The translations under genes were made by a program, and so were the position numbers. A DNA stretch of 64,000 nucleotides from Amoebophrya sp. A120 (taxonomy: Eukaryota > Protista > Dinoflagellata), in contig CAJINV010000004.1 of NCBI GenBank assembly GCA_905178155.1, positions 10,833,655-10,897,654 of the forward strand, written 5' to 3'. Shown piece by piece: positions 36,771 through 47,125 of the stretch; within the stretch, counting starts at the first letter, position 1; every line of letters begins with the position of its first letter. Below the pieces are notes generated by a model. It saw only the letters and a program-made list of their open reading frames with translations, ran no database searches and was not told the origin of the DNA.

Positions 36771-39700
36771 ATGGCCGCCCCGGTTCCGGTGGAGCGGCTG
36801 TTCCCGCACCTCTACGAGTGGCTCGCGGCCAAACCCGGAGGCCATATTCTGAACGCGCCCGACGTCGGCTACCTGGAGGCCAAGCTGGGTCCGCGGCTCA
36901 CGAAGCGGTTTGTGGACAAGATGGCGAAGGACCAGCTGGAAATGCTGGAGTGGTGCGAGAAAAAGTTGAAAATGGATCCGGCCTACAGGCAAGAGCCGGA
37001 TGCGACCGCGCAGGCGAAGAAGATGCAGTCTTTGGGGAATCAGATGAAGAAGACGGAAGGGCTCTTTGCCCCCTTGCTGAACGGCACGAAGCGTCCGTGG
37101 GAAAGGTTCCAAGCGGACGGAAGGTAGCACTCTTGGTGTAGTCGTCGTGTATGGGTTTTTAATACCGTAGTTGCGCTTACAAAAATTGTAGTCTGTCGTG
37201 AAAACGAGTGCTCTGACGCAGAAGCACTATCCACCATGAAAACAAATATAACACACATTCATAGTAGTTGCGCTGCGCTTGCATGAAGTAGTTGTTGTGA
37301 GTAGTATTTTGTCCTCACCACAGGCCCCCCTTAGTGGAGGACTTCGAACCGAACGATCGCGAGACGGTGCGGAAGGCGTACCAAGAAGCCGTCCTGTATC
37401 ACAAGGAAAAATCCCCCCTTTCCATATCGAAAACGGAATTTGTGATGCTGTATTTGAGTACACAAATCGACTTGTAATGCTAGAAAGCCAAGAGACGCAG
37501 CTGTGGCCTCGTTTGCAGGCAATTTGTCATGCTGTTTCCCACTTCCAGCTGCTTCGTGTCATGCTGAAGATGCAAGGCTTCCCCACGCCACCCAGCACTA
37601 CAGTCCGCTCTTTTCCCTTCTAGCATGACAAAGCTGATTTGTGACCACAAATCTGCATCACAAATTTCTAGTCTGAGTATGGGGTGGGGGGATTTTTCAC
37701 TCTGATATCCTGCCCGCGACGTTCATCCGGGAGGAATGTTCGAAGGGGTACTATTTATGAAATGTAAAAATGTCTGGGTCTGGAAGAATGCAACTTGTCA
37801 TGCTAAATCTGAAGCATGTAAAAATCTGTGTTGCAGTCCCGACCCAAGTGGGAGGCGCTTAGGGTGAACTATGTATGTAGCGCTTAGGGCCCTTCCGTAC
37901 GGCCAATTTGTATGTCCCGCAACGGGGTTCGCCTAAGTCGATCATTTGTATGCAAGGCGTTGGGTTACCCGGTCGGCAGAGCCGATCCACAACGAACGAA
38001 TGACTACCAAAAGTCGTCCAGTTTTGACCAAGTCGGCAGGGAGTTTCTCATGCAGGATAGGCATGAGAGAGATCGCACAGAATCTGTCATGCTAGGTCCT
38101 GCATTCCAGACCTCATCGGTCATGGAAAATCTGCATGACAAATCGCGCGTTCTTCCAGACCCAGATGACATTTTTACACTTGATACTACTACGGCGTGTA
38201 CAAGATCATCGACCCAGTCACGGACACGGCCCTCGACGGACGCGACGAGTACAAGCAGTTCTACTGCTGGCTGTGCCGCAAGCGCTACAGCCTCGATGGC
38301 GGCGAACTGGAGCAGCACCTGAACAGCAAGGACCACCGGCGGAAGTGCGACGGCATGAAGGCGGACCCCAGTTGGATGAAGGACTACGTCGGGTATTTTA
38401 AAGCGGGCCGGGAACTTTTGTTCACCACGAACGGAGAGGAGTGCAGGGTCGGGGTCGAGGCTCCTGGGCCAGTTGAAGAAGAAATGGAGATGGACAGGTA
38501 GTATGAAGTACGTGGCTTCTACTTCTTTGCGGAGGTCGTAGTTGTAGTTGTTGTGCATAGCAAAGTGTTGTTGTCTTGTTTTGCGTGCATGACAAAAAAC
38601 CACGAATTCTTCAATTTACCTCTCACAGTCCGAGTCCGGTCCAAGTCCACCCGGGGAAAAGTACTTCCTCTACTACCCGCGGCCCACCAAAACGCGCCGA
38701 GGAAGCGGGGTCCGGGTCCAGGGGCTCCTGGGAGGAAATGATGACGCCCAAAACGACCGTGATGCACGAGGAGGATGAGGTGGAAACTGACGCACGGTAC
38801 TTGGTTCCCATGCCAACAACTACAAACAAGCAGGACCAAAACGACGGAGACCACAAGAAGACGCTGTCCAACAAGAAATCCGAGGCAAGCAGCTCGAACT
38901 TCCAAACCACTCCGAGCGACAACTATGCGGAGGAGGACAGCAGAGACAGGTCCTCCTCGTCCGCGACGAACAAAGGCAAAGGGAAAAGCAAGGAAGAGAT
39001 GATTTTCGCGATGATGAAGGCAAAAGGTAAGGGTGGTAAGTTCGAACAAGGAAAAAAAGGTGGCGAAGATAATGAAGAAGACCACCGAAGCGACGGGGAG
39101 AACAACAACAAGTCGTACAAGGGAAAAAAAGCGATGTTCTCCGGCGCCGGCGGGGGCAAAAAAGGCGACGGCGACACCGACGATGAAAAATGCCGGTACA
39201 ACTACGGGAAGCAGGGAAAAGTAGTAGATGAAGCTGATGAGCATAAGGGGATGAAAAAAGGGGTAACAACATCTTCAAGGCGCTATTCCGACGATTCTTC
39301 CGACGCCGGGTATGACTACAAAGGGGCGAAGCTGAAAGGGAAGGGGAAAGGCGGGGAGAACTACACGGCTGCAGACTTGACGTCAGAAAGAATTTCCGAT
39401 GCACCACCAGCGGCGGAAGAGGAACAGCAAAACCGTGGGCGCAGCAATTACCTCCACTCGGAGTCGGAGCGGAAGTTCGACGAGCGACCCGAAGAGCACC
39501 ACGACATCAGCGAGGTCCGGAAAGGCGACTGGGAATGGCAGAAAGCGACGACGTACGACACCAATTACTACTACCACAAGGGCAAGGACGCGTGGAGCAG
39601 GCGGTTGGCGAATGGCGGCAAGAACGGTTACACGCCCGGCGACATCGAGAACGCGATGGAGACCAAGGGGCAGGAGAACTGCTTCCGGATTTTCCTCCAG

Positions 39701-40878
39701 AAGGGGAAATGGAAGCATCACATGGCGATGGAGAGCGCTGGCGAACGCAGCAGGGCGGTCGATGTGGAAGGAAAGTCCAAAGGGGGTGGAGGACCACCAG
39801 CAGAACTCCAAGGAGAAAGGCGCCCGAGTTCCTCGGCTGCGCCGGTAGAGGAGCCAGCGCGGGAGCAGACGCCAGTTACTTGCTCTCCACGATCGGCCGC
39901 GCGGTTAGCAGTCGAAAGAGGAGTTGCGGACGCAGAACAGATGTACTCGAACCCCTACCAGTATGCAACAAAAAAAGATTGTAGCTGTAAGTGTAAGTAT
40001 GCTTCTTGTACGGAACACCATTACATACAGGCATGACAGAAAAATAAACCTGTCATGCGCAGATAGTAAGTACGTAGAAACGCACTTGAATGGGGAAGAT
40101 GAACCCTATAAATAAGCACGACCAGCAGCATGCTGACGGACGCCATGTCAATGATCTTGCATGTTGCGCACCACCATCACAAAGTTAAAACTACCATCTA
40201 CTCTTTTTGTTGGATAGCCATCCGTTCGTCCCCAACCCGGCAAGGAACATCACGAACCCGGGGGACCAGCTTGCAAGAGAGCAAGTCCCGGACTACTGCA
40301 TCTGCTGTGCTTTGGATTTGGTGGAAGACGATGGTAATGGGCAGCAACTGGAGGATGACCCGCGGCTGCCGACACTTGGTAGGAGCAAGGTATCGAGTGA
40401 CTTCTTGTTCTTAATTGTTTCAAGCCAGCGGCGCATGGCGATCTTCACTCATATCCACTTACTTGAAAAGAAGCTACATCATCCCTTTTCCCACGCTCGC
40501 CTTCGTGGAAACGTGATGCCGATGAAAATGCGCAGACGAGACTCATTGTCTTCACTCCGGGAATGGGAAGTAGACGTTTATGTCCTTAGTGTCAACATAC
40601 CACTTGCGCAGTTTATTCAATTTTGATATATACGAAATATGAAACAGATTTCCATTCCGTGCACGCCCGAGACGTTCATCCAGCAAGTGCGGGCAGCACC
40701 GGAGAAGTTTCCGAGTGTGGGTCTGTTGGATGACGAGTCCATGGCGGGCATTTCGCAGCTTTTCTGCAACGCCTATGGCCACGGTTACGACTTCATGAAG
40801 TTCTACAAGAAGTTGCTTCTCGCGAAGATTCGAAAACGGAGCCGGGAGTTGGCGGAGCGGGAAGCCGGGGGAAATTAG
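36771..40878 (+). CDS. Hypothetical protein with a U1/matrin-type C2H2 zinc finger and GK-rich disordered region (~835 aa, 7 exons)
   Basis: FYCWLCRKRYSLDGGELEQHLNSKDH motif. GT-AG introns 37124-37323, 38498-38628, 40390-40647 and three introners give one frame. Confidence 0.7.
37397..37707. mobile_element. Introner, family C
   Basis: Family C TIRs; TCCTG direct repeat. Confidence 0.93.
37756..38185. mobile_element. Introner, family A, with a nested 165-nt insertion (37836-38000)
   Basis: Near-identical to the reverse complement of 63522-63783 apart from the insert; repeat CTATT/CTACT. Confidence 0.92.
39962..40216. mobile_element. Introner, degenerate; also bounded by GT...AG (39961-40217)
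   Basis: TATGCAACAAAAAAAG...CTCTTTTTGTTGGATA inverted ends; repeat ACCAG/GCCAT; internal GCATGACA and TGTCATGC. Confidence 0.75.
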
Positions 40879-41665
40879 GTCGAGGGAAAAAGTCATCATT
40901 TTGCAGCAGGAGAAGTTCGCAGACCGATATTCATATTTCTTTGAAGAAGAAAAAAAAACCCGACGACCAAAGCGGAAATGACCTTTTTTGAGCTCTACTG
41001 TGGCTGGCCAATATTAACGAACAGGATTCTTATTTTATATTAAGCGAAGAAAATGTCCACACTGAAGATGTGAATTTGAATGCTTCGACGGACTCAGGGC
41101 TCAATATTCAGTAAACTGGATAACGATGTTTCTTGCTTTCAGAAAATGAACGGATAGACCACGAGAAGCAGCAGCAGTTGGGCCGGTCTATTACAAGGGT
41201 TGGATAAAATTTGCGAGCTACGAATAGGCTGTGTGTCTTTGATGGCAAGTTTGCTAGGCTACAGCGTGCGCAATATTGCATTTTTGCAGCCATCTTTTCA
41301 TGTTCGTCGTGGCGACCGTATTTTTGCAACTCAATGTGCATGTGGCAGATGTGCTGCTTGTTGATCTGTATTTTCCAAGCAGCTCCATCGTCTAATTTCT
41401 ATTTGTATTTCTATCACTATTTGGAATAGCCTTCTGCCTTCCAGGAATCACCTCTCGTCGCCAGCGAAAAATAGAGGCGTCGTAAGCGTTAGCGAAGGGA
41501 AATATGTGGCTCAAATTTAATTTTCTACTTATTTCTTTTTCATTTGTTGCTCTTGTCTGATGGGGCGAGTTCTCCTATGATATTTTTTTCTTTTCGTCGA
41601 TGAAGTAGAAAGAGTAAGACCGAGAAGTTTATCCGAACATTTTGTCCTCATTCTATTCAAAAACC

Positions 41666-44600
41666 ATGACGAGCGGCGGGAACGAGCAGTTGCGCGTGGG
41701 CAAGTTTAAGGGCCGAACGTACCAGGATGTTTTCAACTCGGAAAAACATTATGTCACGTGGGCGCTTGGCTTACCGGGTCCGAGTGGGGAGATGCTCAAA
41801 TTTCAAACCTACTGCAAGCAGGCCAGCGGCATGGGTGCCGACACCCGGGTCGGCGCACAGCCAGATGCCATGGTGCAGCCGGCGGCAAGCAGCTGGCAGT
41901 TGCCGTTCGGCCAGCAGCCGCAACAACCACAGCAGAGGCCCAACATCAATACGCAAGGGAGCAACGGGTCCTTTCCCGGCACGATAAACCAGCAAAATTT
42001 TGCAAATCAGAGTCAAAATCTCAACCAATCTTTCGGGCGGCCCGGTTCGCAAGCTAGCGGCTTCAGCAATAACCGACCGTCTTCCGGCGGGTTTTCACAC
42101 CCGGGGACGAACACTCCGGGCGCGTTTGCCGGTGGCGGGTTCGGACAGCAGCAGGGGCAACACCAGGCTGGATTCGGTCAGCAAGGCTTCGGAGGTCCGG
42201 CGCAATTCGGCGGCGCGCCGTTTGGCAATGCTGCGGCTTCCTCCTCCTCAACACAATTTGGAGGAGGCGGCTTCGGGACACAGTTTGGAGCGGGCGGGGG
42301 ACAATTCGGAGCATCAACTGGAAGTGGGCAGTTTGGGGGAGGACAGTTTGCAGCAGGTGGTGCGCCCGCGCCGAGTTCGCAGTTCGGATTTAGCCAACAG
42401 CCGCCACAGCAACAAATGCCTTCCATTGTTTCACAACCATGGGCGAACCGAGGTTATTAGCGCGCTTTGAATGTTTACGTAGTCGGTCGGAACACTTGCA
42501 CTTCCTCCTAGCGTCAAATATTTTCCTTCAATTTATGTCATGGCAAAAGAGCACAGCTACGCACTGTCACTTTTTATTCCTGTTGTATCCACATGTCAAC
42601 AAGTAGTCCAAGCGAAGAACGCAAAAATCCTCATCCTCAGGCAGCAGCGCGTCTTCCTCCGCTCAGCTCCCGAGCGCGTTTGCGCAAATGGCAGGCGCAG
42701 GCCTGGGCTCAGCGACATCGTCCTTCGCAATGAACGGTATCAACCACCCCCCTCCCCAAGCCCGTCCAGCAAACCAGCCCCTGATCTGCTTGAAGAACGA
42801 GGTGAATCTCGAGCTCACTGGGCACCACACCGTCGCGCTGAAGCTCTGCGGCTTTGAAGGCAGCGAGACGTACCGCGCGCTTCGCGATCTACTTCCCGGC
42901 GGCCAAATTCGGCGCGGGGTGACCAGCTGTCTCGAGTGGCCGATCAGTTACAAGGATGCCCTTCTTCAGTCGCTGAACAACCAGTTCCGACAACCCGAGG
43001 GCAACAACGAGGACGACATTGCGCCCTGGATCCAGAAAATCCAGACGTTGATCAAGCAGAAAGAAGAGCGGCAGGCGAGGAACCCGCCGATCAACGGGCA
43101 CGTGTTTCACCACTTGCACAAATTTCAGGACGAGGGCGTGGCTTTCGCGGTGGGGAACAACGGGAAGTGCATTATCGGGGACGAGATGGGGTGCGGAAAG
43201 ACGGTGCAGTCGCTCGCCACCGCCTGGTACTTCCGCGAGGACAGCTGGCCGGTCCTGGTCGTCTGCCCCTCCACCCTCCGCTCGGTGTGGGCCGATGAGG
43301 TGGAGCAGTGGCTGACCGACCCGATGATGCAGTACAAGGGGCGCAAGCCCGTGGCGCAGGTAATCAAAAAGGGCGCGGACAAACTCGACCAGAACGCCGA
43401 CTTCGTCATTGTCAGCTACGCGCTGCTCGCGTCAAAGGACCATTTTAAAAAGTCCGCGGCGGGACTCCCCTGGAAGATGCTCATTGCGGATGAGGCGCAC
43501 TACATCAAGGACCCGAAATCAAAGCGGGGCGAAGTGGTTTTGAAAATCGCCAAAGACGCAAAGCTATCCACGGCAAAAGTGTCGTACTCGTACTAATTGC
43601 AATGTTGCGTGACAAATCTACTTTGTATTTGTTTAGCTGAATCAGCATTACAAAGTTTGTTTTCCTTACTGAGAAAATTTGTGATGCAATCTGTACTAAT
43701 AGATAAGATGACGATACTTTTGGTTTTGCAAGGCATAAAAGCGGGCGATCCTCCTGTCCGGCACACCGGCGCTGAACCAGGCTGCAGAACTCTACCCGCT
43801 GCTGGATATCGTGTTGCCACCCAAGTCCATCCCTAACCAAACGCAGTACCAGAAGCGGTTCTGCTTCAAAATCGAGCAGAACTTCGGGGGCAGACGGGTG
43901 ATCAACTGGAAGGGGGCGAAGCGGACGGAGGAGCTGCATTTCATCCTGCAGAGCTGCATGATCCGGCGGCTGAAGTCCGAAGTGTTGAGCCAGCTGCCCC
44001 CGTATCAAATGCAAAAATGTCTGGATGTGGAAGAATGCGAGATCTGTTTATGCAGTTTTTGCATGAGCCAGATCGTCTGGCATGCAAGCTCTAGCATCAC
44101 AGATTTTGAGCGGGTATCCCGATGCCTAATCCGCATGACAAATCCCCTCTCTCGGAAACAAAAGGCGCGGCCTTTTGCTGGCCATGCGTGACAGATTTTC
44201 TCATGCTGTAGACTTCGCATCACAAATTCGAATCCTCCCAGACCCAGACATATTTGCAATTCATACCCCGAAGACCCGGTCGAAGGTGCGCCTCCAGCAG
44301 GACGAACTCGACAAGGGAAAGCTGAAGGAACTGCAAAAAACGATCAAAATGCAGGAGGAAGCCATGGAATACGCCATGGAACAGGGAGAGGTACTTAGAG
44401 GTCTTTGTTCTGTTTGAATTGGCATAATTTTTTGTTCAGATCATGATGTACATAGTGACAATCAATTTTATAATTTCAATGAAAAGTTTGTCCGCGACTC
44501 GCACTACGTCATTGTTAAAGTTATCTTTTTAGCATCAGCTGTTGTACTCAATTCATCGATCATCAATCTGTCACCCTCGTCGATCATGGCAAAAATCCAC

Positions 44601-46292
44601 AACCCATCCCAACAGGGTCGCGGTCCCTCGCCCCAGATGATGAAACTTTTCCAGCTCACGGGGGAAGCCAAGGTTCCAGCGGTAATTTCCTTTCTGACGG
44701 AGCTTCTCGAGAACAGTCCGAAGGAGAAGAAGTTTCTGATTTTCGCGCACCACATGGCGGTTTTGGACGCGATTGACGACGCGCTGCAGACAAAAATCAA
44801 GATTGACAAGCAGGCAATCGGGTTCATGCGGATCGACGGCCGGACGCCGCAAGACGCAAGGGGGAAACTGGTGCACGAATTCCAGGAAACACCGGAAGTC
44901 CGGGTCGCGGTGTTGAGCATCACGGCATGCGGTATAATAATTTTATCTTCATCTGTACTGTTAAACCTAAGCTCAAGTTGCGTTTCTACCGCGGCTGCTG
45001 CGACATTTAGCCGCGCGCGGTGTCTTCACTTTATTCCGATGAAGATTCTGCCACAGTACCGGTTGCCTTTCATCTGTTTCATATCGATACATGATTGCCA
45101 TACGATTACGAAGGAACAAAACGAAATTTTCCTCGCAGGTACCGGGCTGACGCTTACGGCTTCCGACCACGTGATTTTTGCGGAGCTGTACTGGGTTCCC
45201 GGACAGATGATGCAGGCGGAGGACCGGGTGCACCGCATCGGGCAGACCAATAACGTCACCATCCAGTACCTCTGCGCCCCGGACACCGTGGACGAAAAAA
45301 TGTTCAAAATGCTCGACCGGAAGCGGCAAGATACGAGCGCGGTGGTGGACGGGCGGAATGAGAAAATGGATCTGGAAGACACCACGCACCAACCCCTGCC
45401 GAAGCGACAAAGAGTCGAGGAAACGAGCGACGACGAACCGGAGATCGTGGAAGTGGTGGGAGAGGGCGGGAACAAAAATCCTGCACGACCAGAACAGAAG
45501 CCTAGAAATAATTCACAGCAGAACAAGCGGCAGCCGAAGATAACGGATTTCTTGCAACAGAAGGCGGGAGCAGGAAACCAGGCACAACCGACAAAAGCTG
45601 CTGTAGTTCATCCTTCAGCTGCACCTCCGCACCCGAAGCAGCCTGTATCAAATGTGAAAATGTCTGGGTCTGGAAGATTCCGAGATTTGTCATGCAGTTT
45701 TTCCAAGCTCCACCAAGTCTGGAATGCAGGGCCTAGCATCACAGGATCTGCAGCCCCTCTGTGATGCCTGTTCTGCATGAGAAATGCCCCTTCAGCATGG
45801 CCAGAAATGAGCACCTTTTGCAAGTCACGCAACACAGATTTTTGTATGATGCGCAACATGCATCACAAGTTGCATTCTTCCAGACCCAGACATTTTTGCA
45901 TTTGATAGCCTGTAGTTGGAGCAGATGAAAACGCACTTGAAACCGGGGACCATCTGGTATGGCGTTCTCAAAAGTTACATTCTCAACTGTTACATGAATT
46001 TGTAATGCAAGACTGGCACAGGTGAGAGGGAGAGCCTTGCGCGTCTTGCATTACAGGTTTGGTGCGGATTACAGTGCTGTTTATCTTCCCTCCGAGAATT
46101 TATCATGCGCAGCAGCTTGATCGTCTGGCGGGTCATGGTCACTCTGCATTACAAATGATGTAACAGTTGAGAACGCCATATCTGGCAGCAGTTGCTGGAC
46201 TACACCCAAGATCCTCTTCTGATGAATTCGGGTTTGGCGCCAAGCTGGGCGACTTCGCTCTCGGAAAGAACGAGTTCAAGACGACGCAGTGA
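41666..46292 (+). CDS. SMARCAL1/ZRANB3-like SNF2-family helicase with FG/Q-rich N-terminal extension (~1021 aa, 8 exons)
   Basis: Motifs FQDEGV, IIGDEMGCGKTVQ, WPVLVVCPS, IADEAHYIK, AILLSGTPA, MIRRLKSEVLSQLPPKTR, KFLIFAHH, MRIDGRTP, LSITACGTGLTLTA, AELYWVPGQMMQAEDRVHRIGQ. Confidence 0.9.
43565..43737. mobile_element. Introner, family B
   Basis: Family B TIRs; AAAGC direct repeat; in-frame AK|RAILLSGTP. Confidence 0.92.
44003..44265. mobile_element. Introner, family A
   Basis: Family A TIRs; CCCCG direct repeat; in-frame LPP|KTR; opposite orientation to 10941/26277/29217. Confidence 0.93.
45646..45907. mobile_element. Introner, family A
   Basis: Family A TIRs; GCCTG direct repeat. Confidence 0.93.
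45958..46180. mobile_element. Introner, family E
   Basis: TATGGCGTTCTCAA...TTGAGAACGCCATA; TCTGG direct repeat; opposite orientation to 20346 and 48696. Confidence 0.92.
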
Positions 46293-47125
46293 ACAAAGAA
46301 CGGTGATGGTCGAGTATGTTGACTTCGACTTCCATTCGGGTTTGCTATTCCGAACTGTGTGTCCTGTTGTAGACGGACGAGCACGAAGATAATATACCAA
46401 GTTTCATCTCAGTCGCAGTATACGTACATCAATCAAGTCATTTTATTCCAACGCTGTTGTTGATCACATCTACTACGCAAGGACGTAAAGATAATCCGAA
46501 CGTCGACATTTTTTCTAGACATCACCGCTGTAAAGATTGCGCACCTGCTGCTGCTGTTGCAATACTACGTGACTCATCTTGTTTGCCTTCGCGAGGAGCA
46601 ATATTAGAGTTCTGTTCTTCTTGATAGTGATAGAGGGTACCCGCCAAAGTCTTCCGTTCCTTCGATGTGAGCGAAGAGTGAGAAACATGTGGCACTTTTT
46701 AGCGAGAACCGGTTTGAAGGGCAATTATGTCGTACTTGTACGTTTTTTTATTTTCAATGCTGGTTGTGTGTCCTACTAACTCCTACTTCTACTAGTATAT
46801 CCCGTCCTCGTCGAACTTCGTCAACATTAATTGTGTGCGTTTTTGGGTGGGAGAGAGCCAGAGCCGTAAAAAGCCTAAGTTATAGGTGACTCGTCGTCAG
46901 AAGTATCGTCATCGTAATAGCTTGCCGGTATCAACACCAGAGCGGTGCCACCTTCTGGTTGTACGTTGAACAATATCATCGTCATCACGTCTTCTTACCT
47001 AATATTTGACTTCAAAAACAATTTTGTGCCGCGATACGACAAACGACTACAGTTCTTTTTTTTTCGGGAACAAGGGAAAGAAAGAACAAGAGAAGTTGTC
47101 ATACTGAAATCTAACGAAGCAAAAC

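Noticed and set aside
36771-37127. Stand-alone 118-aa gene
   Set aside because: Its stop codon lies in a GT donor (37124) that splices in frame to downstream exons, so it is treated as exon 1 of the zinc-finger gene.
37858-37890. TTAGGG copies as telomeric repeat
   Set aside because: There are only two non-tandem copies, inside the nested insert.
41507-41514. TGGCTCAA as a relict dinoflagellate spliced leader upstream of the helicase
   Set aside because: It matches only 8 nt of the 22-nt leader, which is expected by chance.
982-45908. All introners being spliced one base outside TAT/ATA (adding one codon) as a general rule
   Set aside because: Most repeats lack the required G bases, and the extra codon would break the register of conserved motifs in H2A helix 2 and atlastin GFSWRGG. 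It is kept only as a special case at 39961-40217.
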